From positions 9,322 to 73,321 of the forward strand of contig JAHFDK010000008.1 in assembly GCA_023249095.1 (NCBI GenBank): DNA of 64,000 nt, in the 5' to 3' direction. This document shows positions 10,152 to 19,869 of this stretch, in pieces. The stretch's first letter is position 1; each line of letters starts with the position of its first letter. The notes beneath the pieces are model-generated. The model ran no database searches. It was not told the origin of the DNA and worked only from the letters and a program-made list of their open reading frames with translations. A program made the position numbers and the translations under genes. Source of the DNA: Candidatus Rokuibacteriota bacterium (GTDB taxonomy: Bacteria; Methylomirabilota; Methylomirabilia; Rokubacteriales; CSP1-6).

Positions 10152-12707
10152 ATGAAACGCTTGTTCGTCATGGACGGCCACTCGCACCTGTTCCGCGCCT
10201 ACCACGCGGTCGGGTACCTATCGACGTCCAAAGGGGTGCCGAGCCATGCCGTGCTGATCCTCAGCACCATGCTGTGGAAGCTGATCCGCGAGGAGCAGCC
10301 CGACTACCTGGCGATCGCCTGGGACCCGCCGGGCCCGACCTTCCGGGACGCCCTGTCGGCGGACTACAAGGCGACGCGCAGCGCGATGCCCGACGATCTG
10401 GTCCGCCAACTCCCGTACGTGCGGCGGCTCTTCGAAGCGCTCCGCACGCCGGTGCTCGAGGTTCCGGGGTTCGAGGCGGACGACGTCCTGGCCACCGTGG
10501 CCGATCGTGCGCTCGCCACCCCGGAGCTGGAGATCGTGGTCGTGAGCGGCGACAAGGACCTCCTCCAGCTCGTCGGCCCCCGGGTGCGCGTGCTGAGCGT
10601 CTCGGGGCGCACCGGCGAGCCCATCCTCTACGACGAGGCGAAGGTGCGCGAGCGCTGGGGAGTCGAGCCCGGGCAGATCGCCGACGTCCTCGCGCTGATG
10701 GGCGATGCCATCGACAATATCAAGGGCGTCCGCGGCGTCGGCGAGAAGACCGCGGTGAAGCTCATCGGCCAATTCGGCTCGGTCGAGCGCCTCTACGAGA
10801 ATCTCACGCTCGTCCCCGGCAAGCTCCGCGAGACGCTCGCCGCCGGCCGGAAAGACGCGCTCCTCTCGCGCGAGCTGGCGCTCCTCAACCGTCACGTGCC
10901 CGTCGCGCTCGATCTCGACGCGTTTCGCCGCGTGGAGCCCGACTGGGGCAAGCTGCGCGCGCTCTGGATGGAGATGGAGTTCTCGCGGCTCGTGAAGGAG
11001 CTGCCGCCGCCACCACCGCCGGCGGCTCCCGAGCCCTCGAAGCTCCTGGAGGGACCGGCCGCGATCGCCGCGTGGCTCGGGGGCGTGCCGGCCGGAGCGC
11101 CGCTGGCGCTCGACTGGGCCGGCGAGTCGCCGCCGCCGGTGCCGCGCATCGCCAGCCTCACCGTGTTCCACCCGGCCGCCGGTGCGGCCGAGATCGGAGC
11201 CGGCGAGGCCCCTGAGTCGCTCGGCGCGCGCGAGCTGATCGTGCACGACTCGAAGCCTCTGATCGAATCCTGGCTCGCCCGCGGTGTCGCTCCGCCCCCG
11301 GTCCACGACTCGGCCGTCGCGGCCTACCTGCTCAACTCGGCCCGCCAGAGCTACCGGCTCGAGCAGGTCTGCATGGACGCGTTCGGCGACTGCCCGCCCG
11401 CGGCCGATCCCGCGCGCGCTCTCGGCGTGCGCGCCACGTTCGTCTGGCGCTACTGGGAGCACGCGGCCGCCGAGCTCAGAGCCCGCGAGCTCTGGACGAT
11501 CTACGAGGAGATCGAACGCCCGCTCGTCCCGGTGCTGGCGCTCATGGAGCGCCACGGCATCCGCGTCGACCCCGGGCGCCTCGAAGCGTTCGCGAAGGAG
11601 CTCGAGCGCAACCTCGACAATCTCACGCGCGAGATTCATCAGCTCGCCGGCGGAGAGTTCACCATCGCCTCGCCCAAGCAGCTGGCGCAGGTCCTCTTCG
11701 AGAAGCTCAAGCTGCCCCCCATCCGGCGGACGAAGACGGGTTACTCCACGGACGCTGACGTGCTGACCGAGCTGGCGGTCGGGCACCCGCTGCCGGCGAA
11801 GGTCCTCGAGCACCGGAGCCTGGCGAAGCTCAAGGGCACGTACGCGGACACGCTGCCCGGGCTCGTCAACCAACGCACGGGCCGGATCCACACGACGTTC
11901 AACCAGCTGGTGGCGGCGACCGGGCGGCTCAGCTCGCAGGACCCGAACCTCATGAACATCCCGATCCGGACCGAGCTCGGCCGCCGGATCCGTCAGGCGT
12001 TCATTCCCGAGGCGGGGTGGCGATTCGTCGCCGCCGACTATTCGCAGATCGAGCTGCGGATCCTCGCGCACCTCTCGGAGGAGCCGGCGCTGATCGAGTC
12101 GTTCGGGCGCGGCGAGGACATCCACACGCGGACGGCCTCGGAGGTGTTCCATATACCAGCGTCCGCGGTCACGTCGCTCCAGCGCACGATCGCCAAGAGC
12201 GCCAACTACGCGATCCTCTACGGCGTCTCCGCGTTCGGCCTGTCGCAGGCGACGCGGATCGACCAGAAGGAGGCGCAGCGGTACATCAGCGACTACTTCG
12301 CGAGTCATCCGCGCGTGCGGGCCTTCATCGACCGGACCCTCGCCGAGGGGCGCGAGCGCGGCCACGTGAGCACCCTCCTCGGGCGGCGCCGCTACCTGCC
12401 GGACCTCACGAGCGGCAACCCGGTCGCCCGCAACGCCGCCGAGCGCATGGCGATGAACGCGCCCGTCCAGGGCACGGCCAGCGACATGATCAAGATCGCG
12501 ATGGTGCGCGTGCAGGCAGCGCTCGTCGCGCGCGGGCTGCGCGCTCGGATGCTGCTGCAGGTCCACGACGAGCTCCTCTTCGAGGCCCCGCCGGACGAAG
12601 TCGCCGCGGTCGAGGCGCTCGCCCGAGAGATCATGGCGTCGGCCCTGCCGCTGAAGGTTCCCGTCGTGGTCGACGTGAAGACGGGCGACGACTGGGCGGA
12701 GGTATGA
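10152..12707 (+). CDS. polA: DNA polymerase I
   Basis: Has the 5'-3' exonuclease N-terminus (MKRLFVMDGHSHLFRAYHA) and C-terminal polymerase motifs (RRRAKAINFGIIYG-like, QVHDELLFE). ATG at 10152 is preferred over the upstream M at 10002, whose leader is just a translation of the 24-bp repeat. Confidence 0.9.
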   Translation: MKRLFVMDGHSHLFRAYHAVGYLSTSKGVPSHAVLILSTMLWKLIREEQPDYLAIAWDPPGPTFRDALSADYKATRSAMPDDLVRQLPYVRRLFEALRTPVLEVPGFEADDVLATVADRALATPELEIVVVSGDKDLLQLVGPRVRVLSVSGRTGEPILYDEAKVRERWGVEPGQIADVLALMGDAIDNIKGVRGVGEKTAVKLIGQFGSVERLYENLTLVPGKLRETLAAGRKDALLSRELALLNRHVPVALDLDAFRRVEPDWGKLRALWMEMEFSRLVKELPPPPPPAAPEPSKLLEGPAAIAAWLGGVPAGAPLALDWAGESPPPVPRIASLTVFHPAAGAAEIGAGEAPESLGARELIVHDSKPLIESWLARGVAPPPVHDSAVAAYLLNSARQSYRLEQVCMDAFGDCPPAADPARALGVRATFVWRYWEHAAAELRARELWTIYEEIERPLVPVLALMERHGIRVDPGRLEAFAKELERNLDNLTREIHQLAGGEFTIASPKQLAQVLFEKLKLPPIRRTKTGYSTDADVLTELAVGHPLPAKVLEHRSLAKLKGTYADTLPGLVNQRTGRIHTTFNQLVAATGRLSSQDPNLMNIPIRTELGRRIRQAFIPEAGWRFVAADYSQIELRILAHLSEEPALIESFGRGEDIHTRTASEVFHIPASAVTSLQRTIAKSANYAILYGVSAFGLSQATRIDQKEAQRYISDYFASHPRVRAFIDRTLAEGRERGHVSTLLGRRRYLPDLTSGNPVARNAAERMAMNAPVQGTASDMIKIAMVRVQAALVARGLRARMLLQVHDELLFEAPPDEVAAVEALAREIMASALPLKVPVVVDVKTGDDWAEV

Positions 12708-13342
12708 GCGCCCCGCGGAGGTTTCTGCTCGTTGGACTCACCGGCGGCATCGCGACGGGGAAGAGCACGGTCTCGGAGATCCTCCGGCAGCTCGGCTGCG
12801 AGATCATCGACGCCGATCGACTCGCCCGTGACGTGGTCGAGCTGGAGCAGCCGGCCTGGAAGCAGATCGTGGCGGAGTTCGGCGGTGGCATCGTGACCGC
12901 CGAGGGCGCGCTGGATCGGAAGAAGCTCGGCGCGATCGTCTTCGCCGATCCCGAACGGCGCAAGCGGCTCGAGGCGATCACCCATCCCGCGATCCGCGCC
13001 CGGTTCCAGGCGCGTCTCGACGAGCTGGCCGCGCAGGGGTTCGCGGGCATCGCGGTCTTCGACGCGCCAGTGATGATCGAGAGCGGCAACTACAAGAATA
13101 TGGACCGCCTCGTTGTCGTCGTCACGGACGACGCGACCCAGGCGGCGCGGCTCCAGGAACGCGACGGCACCCACGAGGCGGAGGGCCGGCGGAAGATCGC
13201 CAGCCAGATGCCGCTTGCCGAGAAAGCCAAGCTGGCGGACTACGTCATCGACAATTCCGGCGATCGCGACGCCACCGCCGCCGAGGTGCGGCGCGTGTTC
13301 GCGGCGCTCATGGCCGACCTCAAGGCGCGCGCGGCGGTGTAG
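12704..13342 (+). CDS. coaE: Dephospho-CoA kinase
   Basis: The ATG overlaps the polA stop (ATGA). P-loop LVGLTGGIATGKST and overall CoaE colinearity. Confidence 0.85.
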   Translation: MSAPRRFLLVGLTGGIATGKSTVSEILRQLGCEIIDADRLARDVVELEQPAWKQIVAEFGGGIVTAEGALDRKKLGAIVFADPERRKRLEAITHPAIRARFQARLDELAAQGFAGIAVFDAPVMIESGNYKNMDRLVVVVTDDATQAARLQERDGTHEAEGRRKIASQMPLAEKAKLADYVIDNSGDRDATAAEVRRVFAALMADLKARAAV

Positions 13343-13358
13343 GGGATCGGGACGGATC

Positions 13359-14180
13359 ATGACGAAGCGTCAGGCGCTCGGCCAGCACTTTCTCCGCGAT
13401 GGGGCGATTGCCCGCGAGATCGTGGATCTCGTCAGGCCGACATCGCACGACCTCGTCGTCGAGATCGGGCCGGGGGAGGGTGCGCTGACCGGGATTCTGG
13501 CCGGCCGCGCCGGGCGGGTCATCGCGCTCGAGATCGATCCGACCCTCGGCGGGGCGCTGCGGGCGCGCCTTCCCACGGTCGAAGTTCTCGACGCCGACGC
13601 GCGGACGTGGGACTACACAAGCCTCGCGGCGCCCGCTGGCGGGCGCGTGCTGATCGTCGGCAACCTGCCCTACAGCGTCGGCAAACCGATCCTCATGGCG
13701 CTGATCGGGGCCCGCGCCGCGATTCACGAGATGGCCCTGATGCTCCAGCGCGAGGTCGCCGAGCGCGTCGCGGCCCCGCCCGGGGGCAAGACCTACGGAA
13801 GCCTCTCCATATTTACCCAGCTCCACTGCGACGTGCGCGTGGCGCTTCGCGTGCCCCCCGGCGCCTTTCGCCCGCCCCCGAAAGTGGAGTCGGCGGTGCT
13901 GCATCTGCGCATGCTGCGCGAGCCGCGTGTTCCGCTGGCCGACGCGCGGCGCTTCGAGACCGTCGTCCGGGCGGCGTTTGCCCAGCGGCGGAAGATGCTG
14001 GCGAACGCGCTGGGGGCGGGGCTCGGTCTTCCCCTGGATGTCGTTCGCCGGGCGGCGACCGGGGCCGGAGTGGACCCGGCGCGGCGGGCCGAGACGCTCA
14101 CCCTTGCCGAGTTCGCGGAGCTGACGGCCCGGCTCGAGGCCACGAGGGCCGCGACGTCCGGAAATCCTTACCGTAGTTGA
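13359..14180 (+). CDS. rsmA: 16S rRNA (adenine1518-N6/adenine1519-N6)-dimethyltransferase
   Basis: LGQHFL start motif, VVEIGPGEGALT SAM-binding motif and NLPY catalytic motif of KsgA/RsmA. Confidence 0.85.
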   Translation: MTKRQALGQHFLRDGAIAREIVDLVRPTSHDLVVEIGPGEGALTGILAGRAGRVIALEIDPTLGGALRARLPTVEVLDADARTWDYTSLAAPAGGRVLIVGNLPYSVGKPILMALIGARAAIHEMALMLQREVAERVAAPPGGKTYGSLSIFTQLHCDVRVALRVPPGAFRPPPKVESAVLHLRMLREPRVPLADARRFETVVRAAFAQRRKMLANALGAGLGLPLDVVRRAATGAGVDPARRAETLTLAEFAELTARLEATRAATSGNPYRS

Positions 14181-14206
14181 ATTTGCGGCCCTGGCCCGTC
14201 CTCGTT

Positions 14207-15460
14207 ATGATGGATGCAATGCAGACGCGCTTCGTGATGGCGACGGTGCTGCTCACGGCAAGCCTGACCGGGCTCGCGGTGTCCGCGTATCTCTATGTGT
14301 GGCCCGGCGCGGCTCGCGCGCCCAGATGGCTTCCGGCGCCGGTGCCCGAAGCCATCGTCCTGCGCCCCATGTTTCCGATCACGACCCGCGGAGTCGAGGT
14401 GAGGCGGGGGGACACACTCGCGCGCACGCTCGCGCGCGGAGGTATCGAGGCCCGCGCCGCCAACGAGCTCGCCGGACAGTTCGGGAGAAACGGCGCGGAC
14501 CTCCGGAAACTCCGGCCAGGCGCCGCGGTCGAGATCGTCTCGAATTTCCGGAACGAGCCCATCCTCATCCGCTACGAGGCGAGCCCGTGGCTGTCGTTCG
14601 CCGCCCGCGCCGTGCGCGGCGGCTGGCAGGTGGGCCGTGCCGAGACCGTTCCCGACGTTCGGGTGGAGGCGGTAAGCGGCGTGGTGCAGCGCTCACTCTT
14701 CGATGCGGTCGAGCGGACCGGCGAGTCGGCCCGGCTCGTGCTCGAGCTGGTCGAGATTTTCTCCTCGGACTTCGACTTCACCGCCGACACGCGCGCCGGG
14801 GACCGCTTTCGTCTTCTGGTCGAGAAGCGCTACGCGGGCGACGACTTCGTCGACTACGGCCGGATCCTCGTCGCCCAATACGCGAGCGGGGGCAAGACGC
14901 TCACCGGCGTCGGGCTCGAGCGGGCGTCGCGCTACGGACACTACGACCTGGCCGGCCAGTCGCTCCGGAAGAGCTTCCTCAAGTCGCCGCTCGAGTTCTC
15001 ACGCGTCACCTCGGGCTTCACCTACGCGCGGCCGCACCCGATCCTCGGCGGGGTGCGTCCCCATCTCGCGATCGACTACGGAGCGCCGGTCGGCACGCCG
15101 GTGCGCGCCGTCGCGGACGGCGTCGTCGTCCATGCCGGATGGAACGGTGGCAACGGCATCCAGGTCCATCTCAGGCATCGGTCGGGCTACGAGACCCAGT
15201 ACAACCATCTCTCCCGGATCAGCGAAGGGCTTCGACCCGGTGTGCGCGTCCGGCAGAAGCAGATCATCGGCAATGTCGGTGCCACCGGGCTCGCGACGGG
15301 GCCCCACCTCGACTACCGCGTCGCGCGCAACGGCACGTTCGTGAACCCGCTCGGTGAGAGGTTCATCCCCGGCGAGCCGATCCCGGCGACGGCCCGTCCC
15401 GACTTCCAGCGCCACGCGCGGGAGCTCCTCGCGCGCCTCGAGGCCACGGCTCCGTTTTAG
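14207..15460 (+). CDS. M23 family metallopeptidase (peptidoglycan endopeptidase) with N-terminal membrane anchor
   Basis: Single N-terminal TM segment and a C-terminal M23 domain (HLAIDYGAPVGTPV...GNVGATGLATGPHLDYRV). Start may be the TTG at 14177 or the ATGs at 14207/14210. Confidence 0.75.
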   Translation: MMDAMQTRFVMATVLLTASLTGLAVSAYLYVWPGAARAPRWLPAPVPEAIVLRPMFPITTRGVEVRRGDTLARTLARGGIEARAANELAGQFGRNGADLRKLRPGAAVEIVSNFRNEPILIRYEASPWLSFAARAVRGGWQVGRAETVPDVRVEAVSGVVQRSLFDAVERTGESARLVLELVEIFSSDFDFTADTRAGDRFRLLVEKRYAGDDFVDYGRILVAQYASGGKTLTGVGLERASRYGHYDLAGQSLRKSFLKSPLEFSRVTSGFTYARPHPILGGVRPHLAIDYGAPVGTPVRAVADGVVVHAGWNGGNGIQVHLRHRSGYETQYNHLSRISEGLRPGVRVRQKQIIGNVGATGLATGPHLDYRVARNGTFVNPLGERFIPGEPIPATARPDFQRHARELLARLEATAPF

Positions 15461-15852
15461 TTGGACATCGGGGGCAGTTGACGGTCACGCCGCGGTCGAA
15501 GACCTCGGACGCCGCCGACTAGCTGAAGGCCATCAGGCTGGCTTTGGAGGACCTCGTACGCCGTGCTACCCGCGTCCCGGATGGAACGCCCGGCGCTGGT
15601 GCGTGACGGGTTGACCGCACTCGGCGCTGACTCGTGGCGACCTCGAGCCTGACCGTTCGGGCAGGTCTCCGGCCACGTGGACAACTCCGACAGGATTGCG
15701 GTAAGAGTTTGCGGATGTCGCCGGCCTCCTCGCCTACGACGTCGGGCGCCGTGACTCTGTATGTGAAGCCAGCCCAGCCGACCAAGGTCCGGAAACTTCG
15801 TGAACCGGAGGGGGGGTGGTAGGATCAACCCGCCGTAAGGAAAGGAGTTTCC

Positions 15853-17508
15853 GTGGAGCCCGTCGTCCGCCTGATCCCCCTCGGTGGCCTCGGCGAGATC
15901 GGTCTCAACATGATGCTCGTCGAGTCCGGCGACGACTTGATCGCGATCGACTGTGGCCTCATGTTCCCCGACGACGAGCTGCCCGGGATCGACCACGTCA
16001 TTCCGGACTTCTCGTACGCGCTCGCCCGGCGCGCGGGGTTCCGCGCGGTCGTCCTGACCCACGGCCACGAGGATCACATCGGCGCGCTGCCGTATCTCCT
16101 CCGCGAGGCGACGGTGCCCGTGTACGGCACCCCCCTGACGCTGGCGCTGGTCGCGGAGCGGTTGCGCGAGCACGGGCTCGCCGAGGCGGCGGACCTCCGG
16201 ACCCTACGACCGCGCGAGCGCGTCGAAGCCGGCCCCTTCGGCATCGAGGCGATCCGCGTGACGCACTCGATCGTCGACGGTATCGGCCTGGCGATCGACA
16301 CGCCCGCCGGCACGGTCGTCCATACCGGCGACTTCAAGCTCGACCCAAGCCCACTCGACGGCGAGCTGCCCGACTACCGGCGGTTCGCCGAGCTGGGCGA
16401 GCAGGGGGTGCTCGTGCTCTGCTCCGACTCCACCAACGCGGACCGACCGGGCCACACGGGCTCGGAAGTGGAGGTGGGGCACGCGCTCGCCACGCGGTTC
16501 GACGGCGCGTCCGGGCGCATCATCGTCGCCACCTTCGCCTCGCACATCCATCGCGTCCAGCAAGTGCTCACGCTCGCGTCCCGCACGGGCCGGCGGGTCG
16601 CCCTGCTGGGCATGAGCATGCAGAGGAACGTGACGATCGCGGCGGAGCTCGGCTACCTGCGCGTGCCCGACGGCGTCCTCGTGCCGCTCGAGGAGCTGGA
16701 CGATCTTCCGGCGCATCGCCAGGTGATCCTCTCGACCGGCAGCCAGGGCGAGCCGCACTCGGCGCTGGCGCTCATGGCCGCGGAGGAACACAAGTACGTG
16801 CACGTCGAGCGCGGGGACCTCGTGATCATCTCCGCCCGGGTGATCCCGGGCCATGAGCGGACGATCAGCCGCGTCGTGAACGCGCTCTATCGCCTGGGCG
16901 CGGAGGTGCTGTACGAGGACAACGCCTTCGTCCACGTCTCCGGCCACGCGAGCCAGGAAGACCTCAAGCTGATGTTCAACCTGACGCGGCCCCGGTACTT
17001 CATCCCGGTTCACGGCGAGTACCGCCATCTCCTTGCCCACGCGCGGCTCGCCGAGAGCGTCGGGATCGGGCCTGACCGTGTCTTCCTGATCGAGGACGGC
17101 ATGGGCGTCGAGGTCTCGAAGACCACGGCGCGTCTGGTCGGCCGCTTCCCGGCCGGTCGCGTCCTGGTGGACGGCAAGTCGGTCGGCGACATCGGCGCCG
17201 TGGTCCTGCGTGACCGCCAGCTTCTCGCCGAGGACGGTCTGGTGGCGGTGTCGCTCGCCGTCGACCGCCACGGTGTGGTCGTCGCGGGCCCCGAGATCGC
17301 CTCGCGCGGGTTCGTCTACGTGAAGGAGAACGAGCCCCTCCTCGAGGAGCTGAAGAAGGCGGTCCTCGCGGCGCTCGCCGAACGCGACCCCGACGCCCCG
17401 TGGGACCGCGACCTCGTGGGCGCGACGGTGCGCTCGGCGGTCCGCCATTTCATCAATCAGCGCTTTCGCCGCAAGCCGGTCGTGCTGCCGATCATTCTGG
17501 AGGTCTGA
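15853..17508 (+). CDS. rnj: Ribonuclease J
   Basis: Metallo-beta-lactamase HGHEDHIG motif, beta-CASP domain and C-terminal RNase J domain. GTG start follows an AAGGAAAGGAG RBS. Confidence 0.9.
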   Translation: MEPVVRLIPLGGLGEIGLNMMLVESGDDLIAIDCGLMFPDDELPGIDHVIPDFSYALARRAGFRAVVLTHGHEDHIGALPYLLREATVPVYGTPLTLALVAERLREHGLAEAADLRTLRPRERVEAGPFGIEAIRVTHSIVDGIGLAIDTPAGTVVHTGDFKLDPSPLDGELPDYRRFAELGEQGVLVLCSDSTNADRPGHTGSEVEVGHALATRFDGASGRIIVATFASHIHRVQQVLTLASRTGRRVALLGMSMQRNVTIAAELGYLRVPDGVLVPLEELDDLPAHRQVILSTGSQGEPHSALALMAAEEHKYVHVERGDLVIISARVIPGHERTISRVVNALYRLGAEVLYEDNAFVHVSGHASQEDLKLMFNLTRPRYFIPVHGEYRHLLAHARLAESVGIGPDRVFLIEDGMGVEVSKTTARLVGRFPAGRVLVDGKSVGDIGAVVLRDRQLLAEDGLVAVSLAVDRHGVVVAGPEIASRGFVYVKENEPLLEELKKAVLAALAERDPDAPWDRDLVGATVRSAVRHFINQRFRRKPVVLPIILEV

Positions 17509-19673
17509 TGTCCACACTGGTCTCGACCGACCCCAAGCCCCGCCGGCGCCGCAAGCGCGGCAGCGACCGCTGGCTGAGCGAGGTGAAGGGCATCGTGGCG
17601 CTGCTCGCCGCGGGCTTCGGTCTGATCGCGCTCGCAACGTTCGACCCCGCCCTGACACCGGCCGAGCAGCATGGCTCGGCCGGACCCGTCGGCGTCTGGC
17701 TCGGCTGGGCGAGCTTCCAGTCCTTCGGCTACGCCAGCTTCCTCCTGCCGCTCCTGCTCGGCGCCTGGGGGGCGTCGGCGTTCCTGCGGCCGCTCGTGGT
17801 GCGCGGCTGGGTGCCGCTCGCCGGGCTGGCCGCGCTGCTCGTGAGCGCGGCCGGACTGCTCACGCAGACCACGAGCGCGGGGAGTGGCGCTGTCGGAGGC
17901 GGCGTCGTCGGCCGCGCGATCACCACCGTGCTCCACGCGGGCTTCGGCGATGTCGGTACCTGGCTCACGTTCGTCGCCGCGGTGCCGATCGGCGTGCTCT
18001 GCGTGACGCGTGTCTCGTACGCCGCCGTGGCGCGCGTCACGACGGCGCGACTCGCGAAGCTCCGGCGCCGCAAAGCTCTGCCGGCGTCCGCCGGGCGGGT
18101 GGCCGCGGAGCCGCCGCCGACCGCCGCCGGCGCGCTGGCGCCGGCCGAGCCCGAGATCGTCGCGCTGCCGGTGGTCGTCGAGCCCTCGCGCCCGCGCGGG
18201 CGCCTGGCCGAACAAGGACTCGCCTGGCAGGAGACCTTCGACTTCGGCGGCGGCGGCGCCGAGGCCTTCCAGCTCCCACCGGTGGGGCTTCTCAAGGTGC
18301 CGCCGGCGACCGAGCTCAAGCGCACCCGCGAGGAGCTGCAAGACAACGCCGAGACGATCCGGAGAAAGCTCCAGGACTTCGAGGTCGAGGGACGGATCGT
18401 CCAGGTGAGCCCGGGGCCGATCATCACCTCGTACGAGTTCGAGCCCGCGCCCGGAGTCAAGATCAGCCAGGTCGTGAATCTCGGCGACGACCTGGCGCTC
18501 GCGCTGAAATCCGCCTCCGTCAGGATCGTGGGGCCGATTCCCGGCCGGGGCACCGTCGCGATCGAGGTGCCGAACTCCGAGGCGGTGACCGTCTACCTGC
18601 GCGAGATCTTCGTCTCCGCGGAGTTCGCCGAATTCAAGGGACGCCTGCCGTTGGCCCTCGGCAAGGACGTGACGGGCACGCCCGTCGTCGCGGATCTGAC
18701 CGCCATGCCCCATCTGCTGGTCGCGGGCGCCACCGGCAGCGGCAAATCGGTCGGCCTCAACTCGATGATCTGCTCGATCCTTTACAAGACCACGCCGGCC
18801 GACGTGCGGTTCCTCCTGATCGATCCCAAGCGCCTGGAGCTCAGCGTGTACGAGGGGATTCCGCACTTGCTGGCGCCGGTGGTCACTGACTCGAAGGAAG
18901 CGGCGGCGCGCCTGCGCTGGATCGTCGGCAAGATGGACGAGCGGTACAAGACCTTGCAGACCAAGCAGGTCCGGTCCATCGAGGGCTACAACAAGGCCGT
19001 CGGCCCGGAGGAGCACCTTCCCTACTGGGTCGTCGTCGTGGACGAGCTGGCCGACCTCATGGTGGTGTCGGCGGGCGAGGTCCAGACCTCGCTGGTGCGC
19101 CTCGCCCAGATCGCGCGGGCGGTCGGGATCCACCTGATCATCGCGACGCAGCGGCCGTCGGTCGACGTCGTGACCGGGTTGATCAAGGCGAACTTCCCGA
19201 CGCGGATCGCCTTTCAGGTCGCGTCGAAGGTCGATTCGCGGACCGTGCTGGACGGGAATGGGGCCGAGCAGCTGCTGGGCCGCGGCGACATGATATTCGT
19301 GCCGCCCGGGGCGAACAAGCAGATGCGCGTGCACGGGGCCTGGGTCGGCGACGACGAGGTCCGGGCGGTCTGCGATTTTCTCCGCCGCCAGGGCACCGCG
19401 GTCTACGAGGAGGTCGTGCTGGCGACCGAGGAGGAGGTCGCGGCCGGCGCCGGCGCCGAGCGCGACGATCTGTACTGGGACGCCGTGCACCTCGTGATCG
19501 GCCAGCACCAGGCCTCGATCTCATTCCTGCAGCGGCGGATGCGGCTCGGGTATCCGAAGGCCGCGCGATTCGTCGATATGATGGAGCAGGACCGGATCAT
19601 CGGCCCGGGCGACGGCGCCAAGCCCCGCGAGGTCCTCGTCGGCCCCGAGTATCTCGCCAAGCGCGGGAAGTGA
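17508..19673 (+). CDS. ftsK: DNA translocase FtsK/SpoIIIE
   Basis: The ATG overlaps the rnj stop. N-terminal TM helices, a Pro/Ala-rich linker, the motor domain (GATGSGKSVGLNSMI Walker A, DELADLMMV Walker B) and a C-terminal gamma winged helix. Confidence 0.85.
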   Translation: MSTLVSTDPKPRRRRKRGSDRWLSEVKGIVALLAAGFGLIALATFDPALTPAEQHGSAGPVGVWLGWASFQSFGYASFLLPLLLGAWGASAFLRPLVVRGWVPLAGLAALLVSAAGLLTQTTSAGSGAVGGGVVGRAITTVLHAGFGDVGTWLTFVAAVPIGVLCVTRVSYAAVARVTTARLAKLRRRKALPASAGRVAAEPPPTAAGALAPAEPEIVALPVVVEPSRPRGRLAEQGLAWQETFDFGGGGAEAFQLPPVGLLKVPPATELKRTREELQDNAETIRRKLQDFEVEGRIVQVSPGPIITSYEFEPAPGVKISQVVNLGDDLALALKSASVRIVGPIPGRGTVAIEVPNSEAVTVYLREIFVSAEFAEFKGRLPLALGKDVTGTPVVADLTAMPHLLVAGATGSGKSVGLNSMICSILYKTTPADVRFLLIDPKRLELSVYEGIPHLLAPVVTDSKEAAARLRWIVGKMDERYKTLQTKQVRSIEGYNKAVGPEEHLPYWVVVVDELADLMVVSAGEVQTSLVRLAQIARAVGIHLIIATQRPSVDVVTGLIKANFPTRIAFQVASKVDSRTVLDGNGAEQLLGRGDMIFVPPGANKQMRVHGAWVGDDEVRAVCDFLRRQGTAVYEEVVLATEEEVAAGAGAERDDLYWDAVHLVIGQHQASISFLQRRMRLGYPKAARFVDMMEQDRIIGPGDGAKPREVLVGPEYLAKRGK

Positions 19674-19692
19674 CCCTCGCCTGACGCGGGCC

Positions 19693-19713
19693 CGGCGGAC
19701 TCAGCGTCCGCCG
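19693..19713 (+). terminator. GC hairpin (8-bp stem CGGCGGAC/GTCCGCCG, 5-nt loop) 20 nt after the ftsK stop
   Basis: Perfect short hairpin between the convergent ftsK and DUF4139 genes. There is no U-tract, so intrinsic-terminator function is uncertain. Confidence 0.35.
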
Positions 19714-19869
19714 CGAGGCTTCGTGGGCCAGACGAGGTCGAGCACCCCGAGGACCAGGAGCCCGCAGGCGCCGAGCGTCGCAAGCAGGATCGCGGCCTCT
19801 TCGCGCATCCACAGGTCCACGGTCACGATTGAAGCGGATGGGCGCCGCGACCACCAAGGGAATTCGCAC

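Noticed and set aside
12017-13342. 441-codon ORF suggesting a large protein fused to CoaE
   Set aside because: Only the last 212 codons (from ATG 12704) are CoaE-like; the upstream part overlaps polA out of frame. The same reasoning was applied to ORFs 13113..14180 (rsmA), 35447..37087 (TPR lipoprotein), 36313..37671 (thpR), 44776..46266 (MBL hydrolase), 22411..23439 (NTF2-like) and 55646..56995 (ddl).
15460-15853. Possible ncRNA or tRNA in the 390-bp spacer upstream of rnj
   Set aside because: No tRNA cloverleaf and no RNase P/SRP/tmRNA/6S signature motifs were recognised. It is most simply a long rnj 5' leader (RNase J genes are often autoregulated), but I could not identify specific structure by eye.
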